A stretch of 40,000 nt of DNA, taken from Candidatus Altimarinota bacterium (GTDB lineage Bacteria; Patescibacteriota; Gracilibacteria; UM-FILTER-43-11). Below the pieces are notes generated by a model that searched no databases, was not told the DNA's origin, and saw nothing but the letters and a program-made list of their open reading frames with translations. The translations under genes and the position numbers were made by a program. Below, one piece after another: positions 25,137 to 32,818 of this stretch; the stretch's first letter is position 1, and each line of letters begins with the position of its first letter. The DNA lies in NCBI GenBank assembly GCA_028281045.1, contig JANQKP010000009.1, positions 10,508-50,507 of the forward strand. The letters are read 5' to 3'.

Positions 25137-26819
25137 TTATTTCACTGGGTAAGATCCTAGTATTTTTAGCTTCGCCACCTTCTTTTTAATGGCTTTAAGC
25201 ACGGCTTGAACTTTTTTATCTGTAACAGGCAATACAAAGTCTAAATAAATCACATATTCGCCTGGGCGATATGGATTTGGGCGAGACTCAATTTTAGTTA
25301 AATTGATGTCTCTATCTGAAAGCTCTTGAAGAATAGAGATCAGCTGACCTGGTTTATCTTCTCCGAAGTGCAGAGCAATAGAAGTCTTCTTAGCATCTTT
25401 CTCAAACTTAGGTTTTCCTTTTTTAATCACTGCAAAATGCGTAGTGTTTTTTTTGTCATCTTCAATTCCAGCTTGAAGCACTTTAAATCCGCGCTTTTTA
25501 GCCGCTTGCACTGAGGCTACTGCCGCTGCCCCAAGGTGCTTCGTACGCATTAGTTTATCAAGCGCTGCGGCCGTACTATTAGTCGTTACCTTAATTGCCT
25601 TAGAAAGATTCTTTTTTAAGTAATTTCTCACCTGCATAAGTGGCTGAGCATGAGAGTAAACTCTTTTAATGTCTTTCATGCCTAAATCTTCTTTAGCCAC
25701 CAAGGCTAAAGAAATAGATTGGGGCATAACACGCTCAATATAAACGTTCTTTTCATAAAGCTCATCTAAAGTTTCACGCACAGAACCACTGGTAGTGTTT
25801 TCTAGGGGTACCAGCCCCTCTTTAATCTTACCTTTAGCCACAAGCTCAAACACCTCAGCAATGGTAGAAGCATAGTAAACTGTGCCTTCTGGCTTATAGT
25901 TTTTAACCGCCATGTCTGAGTAAGTGTTTTTAGGTCCAAGTACGGCAATATTACACTTCTTCAAGTTCTGTACCTCTTCATCTTCACGTGTGTTTCTCGC
26001 GTGAATGAAGTCTATAAGCCCCGTGCTTTCTTGAAGTGCCACTTTTTTGAATCGACCAAAGTAACTGCTGGCGTCTTTAAAGAATTTTTCAAATCTTTGT
26101 AGACTTTTTTCTTCAACGGTTCCAGCTAAATCTTTAGCACTGTCTATAAAATCGTGTAGCACCTTCTTCGCTCTCGGATTACTCATCTGAATGTTCGCAT
26201 AAAGCGCAGGATCTTGAGCTAAAATGCGTCCTGCCATTAAGATTTCAAAGCGATAAATAGGGCTTTGTACGGCCAGGAAGTCGTCTAGTGAGATTTTAGA
26301 TTTTCTAAGAGCATCTGCCAGAGAAACATTGGCAAAATGAGCCAGTACTTGCACATAAGCCATGAGCTCATCGTGCTTTTTAGCAGACATTTCTCTCACA
26401 TGAACCTTGTTGTCTTTCAAAAGTTTTCTCATCCACTTCTTATAACCCCCTGCTCTTGCCGAACAAAGCACTAAAGTTTGTCCTTCAATAGGATTAGTGG
26501 GTCCAAAAATAGGATGAAGCCCAATCACATGGGCCTTACTCTTTTTCATAGCATCCATAGCAGGCCCTTTAATGGAAGTAAGGTCCATTAAGCACTGCTT
26601 ACGAGTCATCAAAGGAGCAATTTCTTGAATCACTTTCTCCGTCACGTTGATCGGAACAGAAACTAAAACCACATCTGCCTTTTTGGCGATGTCTTTATTC
26701 TTTAGCTTTGTACCTCTGTCAGAAACAATGACTTTGTAACCATTGCGCTCAAAGAAATCGGCGAAATATTTCCCCATATTACCTTTTCCCCCAATGATTC
26801 CAATAACTTTTGGTTGCAT
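25137..26819 (-). CDS. bifunctional prephenate dehydrogenase / prephenate dehydratase fusion with a C-terminal ACT domain
   Basis: The N-terminal half has VIGIIGGKGNMGKYF and GLHPIFGP (TyrA-like). The C-terminal half has IAVLGPKNTYSD, PLENTTSGSV, VYSHAQPL, NTTHF and INLTKIESRP (PheA plus ACT). There is no room for a chorismate mutase domain between the halves. Confidence 0.85.
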   Translation of the reverse strand: MQPKVIGIIGGKGNMGKYFADFFERNGYKVIVSDRGTKLKNKDIAKKADVVLVSVPINVTEKVIQEIAPLMTRKQCLMDLTSIKGPAMDAMKKSKAHVIGLHPIFGPTNPIEGQTLVLCSARAGGYKKWMRKLLKDNKVHVREMSAKKHDELMAYVQVLAHFANVSLADALRKSKISLDDFLAVQSPIYRFEILMAGRILAQDPALYANIQMSNPRAKKVLHDFIDSAKDLAGTVEEKSLQRFEKFFKDASSYFGRFKKVALQESTGLIDFIHARNTREDEEVQNLKKCNIAVLGPKNTYSDMAVKNYKPEGTVYYASTIAEVFELVAKGKIKEGLVPLENTTSGSVRETLDELYEKNVYIERVMPQSISLALVAKEDLGMKDIKRVYSHAQPLMQVRNYLKKNLSKAIKVTTNSTAAALDKLMRTKHLGAAAVASVQAAKKRGFKVLQAGIEDDKKNTTHFAVIKKGKPKFEKDAKKTSIALHFGEDKPGQLISILQELSDRDINLTKIESRPNPYRPGEYVIYLDFVLPVTDKKVQAVLKAIKKKVAKLKILGSYPVK

Positions 26820-26839
26820 AGTAAAATAAAGTATAACAC

Positions 26840-26860
26840 AAAGCCTAAGGCGCAGGCTTT
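26840..26860 (-). terminator. possible terminator hairpin after the VirD4-like gene
   Basis: A 7-bp stem aaagcct/aggcttt with a 7-nt loop, immediately downstream of the stop at 26863. The T-run on the minus strand is weak. Confidence 0.35.
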
Positions 26861-26862
26861 AT

Positions 26863-29634
26863 TTATTTTTTATTTTGTTTACCTTTAGAAGTCTTTTTCT
26901 TTGGCTTCTTTTCCTCGGTTTTCTTTTCTTTTTTAGGCTCTTCCTTTTTCTCCTCTTTCTTCTCTTCTTTTTTAGGAGCTGCTTTAGCTTTTTCTTCTAT
27001 CTGCTTTTTACCTTCATTTAAAGCTTTGCCACTTTCACTCCAACGTTTGATCTTATCCTCCACTTCTTCGCGTGGCGTGCAGTATCTTTCACGTGAAATA
27101 CGTACGATTTTATCTCTGCGATCTTCATCGTGCTCCAGCTCTGGTGGTGGCATAGTAGAAAGCGAGAAAGTAGGGGTTGGCATACCATCTACCATAAGCT
27201 TCATGTAAGCGTTGTATTTAGGAATGGTTACAATGTCGTTAGGCAGTGCATCTTCAGCAAACTGCGCTGAGAACACCTCAGCGTCTTCGTAACCCACTTG
27301 GAACGTAAGTAAACTACCCACATTACCAAATACGGCGTCACGTACCTCATCTGGCATCTGTGCGATGTACTGATTCGCCATAACCAGGTTAAGTTTATAC
27401 TTACGTGCTTCAGAAAGAATCACGGCAAAGGCATCTGTCGCAAAGTTTTGGAACTCATCGACGTAAAGATAGAAATCTTTACGATCTTTTTCGGCAGTAT
27501 CGGCGCGGCTCATCGCATCAAGTTGGAACTTGGTAATAAGCATTGAACCAAGGAGTGCAGAGTTATCATCTCCGATGAGACCTTTAGAAAGATTTACAAC
27601 CACAATCTTACCGGTGTCCATCATAAACCTGAGATTCACGGTAGATTTCACTTGCCCTAGAATATTTCTAATCACAGGACTAGAAAGGAATTGTCCTACC
27701 TTATTCTGAATAGGCGCAATAGCCTCTGTTCTTTGGCGAGGATCGAATTTAGCAAATTCATCGAGCCAGAAGCTGCGTACCATAGGATTACTTACCTTAG
27801 AAACCACCTTACGGCGATAATCTTGGTCCACAAGAACACGCATCACTCCAAGCATAGAAGTATTTGGATACTCTGCAAGAGATAGGAGTGTATTTCTAAG
27901 AATATGTTCTAGACGTGGCCCCCAAGAGTCTGCGTACATCTTTTTAAATACCCCAAGGAGTCCAGAGGCAATGAGATTTCTCTTCTCTGGCGTATCCCCT
28001 GTTTCAAGCATGTTAAAGGCAAACGGATGAGACGTGTCTGAAGGATCTAGAATCACTACATCGTTCGTTCTATTACTTGGAATAAAGTCTATTACAGCAT
28101 CGGCAAGATCTCCATGCGGATCAATCACGGCAAGTCCTTTGCCGCGTTGCACATCAGAGAAGATCATATTTTCAAGCAGTACGGATTTACCCATACCGGT
28201 TTTACCGATGATATACATATGTCTACGACGATCCACCTGTTTGATTCCAAACTTCTGACTATGTCCACGGAAATTAGATTTCCCAATAATGGTGAGTTCA
28301 TCGTTATCGGCTCCGCCGGCCACAGGCAGGTTATGCGGTGGCTCAAGCTTACGTGAGTGAAGCCAATGTACATTAGGCGTTCCTACATCTTTATTTGGCA
28401 TATGATACAGCGTAGCGATCTCTTCTACGTTCAGCATCATTGGAGTACCAACCGTACGTGTTTGATAGCGCTTGAATAACGCTGAATTATTTTGATTGAT
28501 CTTAGAGATTTCAAACCCATTTAGATTCGGCATATTGAACTGGCGGAAAGAACCTGCGATTTCATTCAGTTTTACTTCCGCTAGGTCAATATTTTCTCGG
28601 CGCATCACATAAACCAGGCGAATAGCAGTATCGAAAGTAAGACGAGTTACCTTATCTACCCCTGCTGAAATAGGATCTTCACGATCATGATTACGTGATA
28701 CTTGCTCATCTAAATCATCTGCAGTAGCGCTAGAGCTTTTCATTGGCAGTTCTGTGCGACTAATCCCCCTTTGAATCCAGAAAAATAGGAAAACAGGAGA
28801 AAGTAAGAAGCGTTTCCAGAACCCACGCACTAAATAAGTATTAGTGGCGAACTTCTTCAGCCAGAAAACACTTTCGTAAAGTCCACTGCTTACGAGCTTT
28901 AAGCATTTAAGCCCACGAATTCTCCACCAGTCCCCTGTTGGTTGAACCACAATTTGCACCCAGGCTTGTTCATCGGTTGCATTCAGCTTAGAAAGCGTAG
29001 CGGTGATCCCAGCCAGTGGCTCTGTAGCGAGTCTTGTCAGCTTATCTTCAAACTGTGGGTATCTTTTAATCGGATAAATTGCTGGATCAATGAGCTTAAG
29101 CTCTGCAGTAGCCATATAATGGGTCTTTGCATGCTTGCTGTGCTCTTTCATTGGCACAGGCATCGCCTCTTCTCCAGGTTTTACTTCCACCGGCATTGGC
29201 GCAGGCATTTCTTTCTCTACCTTACTCGTCACATGCTCTACGGCGCTAAAGCTTTGCTGAGCATAATCGGGCACTTCTTCAATTTCTACATCTGGGTACT
29301 GCGCGTAAATCTGAGATTCAATCACATTCTTAAAACGCTTAGGCGTCCAAATAAAGAATTGGATCAGATTATTCACCGAAGCAATCTCTAAACTAATGCG
29401 AGGTCTTAATTTTCCTGCAAGATAATCCCAGAAAGAATAATTTTCTTCTATACCATGAATAGCGGCATAGATTTGCTCTGCCACAATAGGACCACGTTCA
29501 TTCAGTTTCGAAACGGCCACTCTAAGTACGGTGCTTTCTTCCGCATTCTTGTTAACGCTTCGCCTTATACTAATAAGTATGCGGTACGCCACAAGGAGCG
29601 CGATCAGCGCTGCTAGCGGTAATAGTATTGTCAT
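26863..29634 (-). CDS. VirD4/TraD/TraG-like coupling-protein-family P-loop ATPase with a large N-terminal domain of unknown function and a Lys/Glu-rich tail
   Basis: Walker A IIGKTGMGKSVL (28183-28206) followed by VIDPHGDLA, and Walker B FYLYVDEFQNF (about 27450-27475). N-terminal TM helix (MTILLPLAALIALLVAY) plus a second hydrophobic segment near residue 290. About 470 aa precede the ATPase with no recognised family. The C-terminus is KKEEKKEEKKEEPKKEKKTEEKKPKKK. The ATG at 29634 is preferred over the GTG at 29670. Confidence 0.75.
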   Translation of the reverse strand: MTILLPLAALIALLVAYRILISIRRSVNKNAEESTVLRVAVSKLNERGPIVAEQIYAAIHGIEENYSFWDYLAGKLRPRISLEIASVNNLIQFFIWTPKRFKNVIESQIYAQYPDVEIEEVPDYAQQSFSAVEHVTSKVEKEMPAPMPVEVKPGEEAMPVPMKEHSKHAKTHYMATAELKLIDPAIYPIKRYPQFEDKLTRLATEPLAGITATLSKLNATDEQAWVQIVVQPTGDWWRIRGLKCLKLVSSGLYESVFWLKKFATNTYLVRGFWKRFLLSPVFLFFWIQRGISRTELPMKSSSATADDLDEQVSRNHDREDPISAGVDKVTRLTFDTAIRLVYVMRRENIDLAEVKLNEIAGSFRQFNMPNLNGFEISKINQNNSALFKRYQTRTVGTPMMLNVEEIATLYHMPNKDVGTPNVHWLHSRKLEPPHNLPVAGGADNDELTIIGKSNFRGHSQKFGIKQVDRRRHMYIIGKTGMGKSVLLENMIFSDVQRGKGLAVIDPHGDLADAVIDFIPSNRTNDVVILDPSDTSHPFAFNMLETGDTPEKRNLIASGLLGVFKKMYADSWGPRLEHILRNTLLSLAEYPNTSMLGVMRVLVDQDYRRKVVSKVSNPMVRSFWLDEFAKFDPRQRTEAIAPIQNKVGQFLSSPVIRNILGQVKSTVNLRFMMDTGKIVVVNLSKGLIGDDNSALLGSMLITKFQLDAMSRADTAEKDRKDFYLYVDEFQNFATDAFAVILSEARKYKLNLVMANQYIAQMPDEVRDAVFGNVGSLLTFQVGYEDAEVFSAQFAEDALPNDIVTIPKYNAYMKLMVDGMPTPTFSLSTMPPPELEHDEDRRDKIVRISRERYCTPREEVEDKIKRWSESGKALNEGKKQIEEKAKAAPKKEEKKEEKKEEPKKEKKTEEKKPKKKTSKGKQNKK

Positions 29635-29729
29635 ATTATTTACATCACGTGGATGCGGGCACCAGACCACAATGAATCATTGAGAATGGACCACGTATTT
29701 ATTATACCTTATTTTAGGGGAAAACGCCA

Positions 29730-29738
29730 TGGTATACT
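29730..29738 (+). promoter_or_regulatory. extended -10 element TGGTATACT
   Basis: Same TGGTATAnT form as the other promoters in the window. The ATG at 29747 follows 8 nt later. No good -35 element. Confidence 0.5.
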
Positions 29739-29746
29739 GGTAGCCG

Positions 29747-30823
29747 ATGAAAAATATTGCCATAGTACATGACATGCTCCTAAAACTAGGTGGAGCAGAG
29801 CGGGTGGTTAAAGCATTATCGGAGATTTATAACGATGCTCCGATCTATACGCTTTTATATGATCAAAAAAAGACCGATGAATGGTTTGGTGGCACGGTTA
29901 TTCATCCCAGCAAACTTCAAAAGAAGTTTAATCTCGTTAAAAAACCCAAGTATTTTCTGCCTAAAATGGCAGACGCTGTAGAAAGCTGGAACTTTAATCA
30001 CTACGATACTGTGATTTCAAGTTCTAGCGCCTTTGCTCATGGAATTAAAACCGGTAAAAACACGAAACACATTAGTTATGTACACAGTCCTATGCGCTAC
30101 GCTTGGGATTATACCCATGAATACACCAAAGGTATGAGTCCTTTCATGCAAAAAACGGTAGCGAAGATGCTAAACCCTATTAGACAATGGGATTTTCTTA
30201 CAAGCAGCAATCCAGATGTAGTTGTAGCGAACTCAGAGCACGTTAAAAAGCGAATTCAAAAGTATTGGCGCAGAGACGCCCAGGTGATTTATCCCCCAGT
30301 AAATGTAAAACGCTTTACGCCTAAAAAAGAACATGAGGATTATTTCCTCATTGTTTCTGCACTCACCCCCTTTAAAAGAATAGATTTAGCGATTCAGACA
30401 TTTAATAAGATTAGAAAGAACTTGGTTATCATCGGAGATGGGGCTCAGATGGGAGAGCTTAAAAAAATGGCCAACGAAAAGTACATTACTTTCATGGGGA
30501 GGCAAGATGATGCAAACACGACAGAGTTTTATGAAAACTGTCGCGCTTTTATCTTCCCAGGAGAAGAAGACTTTGGAATTACCCCTGTAGAAGCTATGGC
30601 TTCAGGTAAGCCTGTGCTGGCCTATGGAAAAGGAGGCGTCCTTGAAACAGTTCAGGCAGGAATCACAGGGGAATTCTTTAAGGAACCTGCGGCAAAATCA
30701 TTAGAAAACGGTCTGGCTAATCTTTTAGCCAATGAAAAACACTATGATTTTAATCAAATTAGAAAAAGAGCCGAGGAATTTGATGAATCTATCTTTAAAA
30801 AAGAAATTCAGAAGTTAATTTAG
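29747..30823 (+). CDS. glycosyltransferase, family 4
   Basis: C-terminal EEDFGITPVEAMASGKPVLAY (E-x7-E) motif and a GT-B layout. Confidence 0.82.
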   Translation: MKNIAIVHDMLLKLGGAERVVKALSEIYNDAPIYTLLYDQKKTDEWFGGTVIHPSKLQKKFNLVKKPKYFLPKMADAVESWNFNHYDTVISSSSAFAHGIKTGKNTKHISYVHSPMRYAWDYTHEYTKGMSPFMQKTVAKMLNPIRQWDFLTSSNPDVVVANSEHVKKRIQKYWRRDAQVIYPPVNVKRFTPKKEHEDYFLIVSALTPFKRIDLAIQTFNKIRKNLVIIGDGAQMGELKKMANEKYITFMGRQDDANTTEFYENCRAFIFPGEEDFGITPVEAMASGKPVLAYGKGGVLETVQAGITGEFFKEPAAKSLENGLANLLANEKHYDFNQIRKRAEEFDESIFKKEIQKLI

Positions 30824-30825
30824 AT

Positions 30826-30856
30826 ACAAAAAAAGACCTCCTGAGAGGTCTTTTCT
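30826..30856. terminator. bidirectional rho-independent terminator
   Basis: A 9-bp stem aaagacctc/gaggtcttt (30832-30840 and 30845-30853) with a 4-nt loop. A-run upstream and T-run downstream, between convergent genes. Confidence 0.85.
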
Positions 30857-30869
30857 AATTTCTTTGTCA

Positions 30870-31448
30870 TTAAGCTGCTTCTTCTTTTTCAGTTTCTTCT
30901 CCAGCATCTTCATTGACTGCTTCAGCTACTTCTTCTACTTGAGTATCATCTTTAGCATCGTCGTCTCCTTGTGCTGAATCATCTTGAGCAGCACTATCAT
31001 CTCCTGTTGGTTGTGCTTGATCTTCAGCTTTTACTACCGTTTCTTCAGCTTCTTTCTTAGCCACCTCTTTCTTTTTAGCAGCTTCCTTTTCTTTCTTAGC
31101 TGCTTTTTCTTCTTCTTTTTCCATTGCCTTACGTGTCATTTTCTCTTCTACAGACTCTGTACCAGCTTTTTCTTCGTTACGTTTAACGTTTTCAGCTTTA
31201 AGTTTCTCTGCAGCTTCAGCACGAGCGCGGAACTTATCAACACGTCCAGCAGTATCTACAAGAGTTTGTTTACCAGTGTAGAAAGGATGAGATGCAGAAG
31301 ATACTTCGACTTTAATCACGAAGTGTTCAACGCCGTCGATTTTCTTAGTCTCCTCTGAAGTTAGAGTAGAAGTTGTTACAAACTCGTCACCAGTAGTGGT
31401 GTCGACGAAGACAACAGGGTTAAGAGTTGGATGAATATCGGCTTTCAT
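30870..31448 (-). CDS. rpmE: 50S ribosomal protein L31 (Cys-less type B) with an approximately 115-aa charged C-terminal extension
   Basis: [16 protein letters not shown] ... [23 protein letters not shown] is a complete L31 core with no CxxC motif. The ORF then continues with K/E/A-rich and D/E-rich low complexity to 192 aa. Confidence 0.88.
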   Translation of the reverse strand: MKADIHPTLNPVVFVDTTTGDEFVTTSTLTSEETKKIDGVEHFVIKVEVSSASHPFYTGKQTLVDTAGRVDKFRARAEAAEKLKAENVKRNEEKAGTESVEEKMTRKAMEKEEEKAAKKEKEAAKKKEVAKKEAEETVVKAEDQAQPTGDDSAAQDDSAQGDDDAKDDTQVEEVAEAVNEDAGEETEKEEAA

Positions 31449-31509
31449 AAAGTAATTTAAAAAACTAAGGCTTATACCTTATATAATAAGTAAGCGGAAG
31501 GATTCTATA

Positions 31510-32745
31510 CTATTTGCGTTTTTTCGGCAAGCTTTTTTTCTTAGGGGCAGCCTTCTTTTTTGCAGGAGCTTTAGAAGCGGCCTTTTTAACCGGTTTTTTT
31601 GCTGCTTTTTTAGGTTTTGCTGGAGCCTTTTTAGGACTTACCTTAGCCACAGAAACCGTTTTGGTCTTCGCTGGCTTTTTAGAGCTATACATAAGCCCTA
31701 TGATGATCAGAAGAATAAGAAGGATCGTGGTGATTAATAGAAGAATCCCTATTAAGCTGTATCCAACGATGATTTGAATCTTCTGTACGCGAGATTCACC
31801 ACTATTATCTGTCACTCTCAGGGAAACAGTGTACTCTCCGCGTTCTTCATAAACGTGATCTACTACCACGCTATCTTCTTGGGTTCCATCTCCAAAGTCC
31901 CATTGATACTCCACTACATCTCCATCTGGATCTGTAGATTTAAGAGCATTAAACGTAGCGATTTCTTTCACGCGAAGCTGTTTCTTCGCGGTTTCAATCA
32001 CAGGGATAGGTCCTTTGTTACTACTATCTGGGTCTGCGTTGTCTCCAAGGCCATCGTTATCGGTGTCTCTGAACTCTGTAGGATCATCTGGGAACTTATC
32101 TTGGTTGTTTCCTACCCCATCTCCGTCATCGTCTTGAGAATCTCTCGCATCGGTTGGGAAAACGTCCTCTGCATCGCTTACGCCATCGTTGTCATCGTCA
32201 TTATCTGCGTTGTCTCCGATTCCATCTCCGTCACTATCCAGCCATTCACTTGGATTATTTGGAAAAGCATCGTCTCTATCGCTTACGCTGTCATTATCAT
32301 CGTCTGTATCTACTTGGTCCCCAATGCCATCTCCATCGCTATCGCGATCTACGAAGATCGATTTGGTTACCTTATTATTATTAGGGTCATCTCCATCGCT
32401 TTCCCAAGGAATCACGCGTACTGAAATAGGATGTTCTCCATAATCTCTAGCAATGAAATCAATAAAAACATCATCGGTAGCATTGGCTAGCACTGAAACA
32501 GCTTGGTCTGCACCAAGAAAGTCCGCCAGTTTTTCATCGTAATACTTCACCACGCCACCCAAATCTGCACTAGAGTTATTTCGCACAGTAGCGTAAATAC
32601 GTACCTTTTCACCAATAAGCACGTTAGGCTTAAAGCTCACGCTCTCTGGACCAAGAGAAAGGTCTCCAGCGGCCTGTACAAAAAGAGGCGCTGCAAGAAT
32701 AGCGGCCACAAAAGCAGTAATGATGTTTTTTCTTTTTATTTTCAT
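31510..32745 (-). CDS. surface protein: signal peptide, CARDB-like domain, thrombospondin type-3 Ca-binding repeats, PKD domain, TM anchor, Lys/Ala/Pro-rich tail
   Basis: Signal peptide MKIKRKNIITAFVAAILAAPLFVQA. Repeated DxDGDGIGDxxDxDDDNDG motifs. The PKD signature YQWDFGDGT..YTVSLRVTD. A hydrophobic helix IGILLLITTILLILLIIIGLMY. A 57-aa KKPAK/AKKPVKK tail. Start placed at the ATG at 32745. Confidence 0.8.
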   Translation of the reverse strand: MKIKRKNIITAFVAAILAAPLFVQAAGDLSLGPESVSFKPNVLIGEKVRIYATVRNNSSADLGGVVKYYDEKLADFLGADQAVSVLANATDDVFIDFIARDYGEHPISVRVIPWESDGDDPNNNKVTKSIFVDRDSDGDGIGDQVDTDDDNDSVSDRDDAFPNNPSEWLDSDGDGIGDNADNDDDNDGVSDAEDVFPTDARDSQDDDGDGVGNNQDKFPDDPTEFRDTDNDGLGDNADPDSSNKGPIPVIETAKKQLRVKEIATFNALKSTDPDGDVVEYQWDFGDGTQEDSVVVDHVYEERGEYTVSLRVTDNSGESRVQKIQIIVGYSLIGILLLITTILLILLIIIGLMYSSKKPAKTKTVSVAKVSPKKAPAKPKKAAKKPVKKAASKAPAKKKAAPKKKSLPKKRK

Positions 32746-32773
32746 GCGCCTATTATAGCAAAAAATGGGCAAT

Positions 32774-32798
32774 AAAAAAACCCGAAGGTACCTTCGGG
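32774..32798 (-). terminator. rho-independent terminator after gyrA
   Basis: An 8-bp GC-rich stem cccgaagg/ccttcggg (32781-32798) with a 2-nt loop, followed on the minus strand by a T7 run. Confidence 0.85.
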
Positions 32799-32818
32799 TT
32801 TCTCTAATGATTTACCTA

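Noticed and set aside
28942-29391. 149-aa plus-strand ORF inside the VirD4-like gene, plus others at 28034-28373 and 27026-27885
   Set aside because: They are antisense to a well-supported long CDS, with no motif and no promoter. Likely chance ORFs.
31774-32443. Plus-strand ORFs of 216, 76 and 84 aa opposite the TSP3-repeat gene
   Set aside because: They are artefacts of the GAY-rich repeat DNA read on the opposite strand. The translations are Ile/Ser/Arg-rich low complexity, whereas the minus-strand frame has clear domain signatures.
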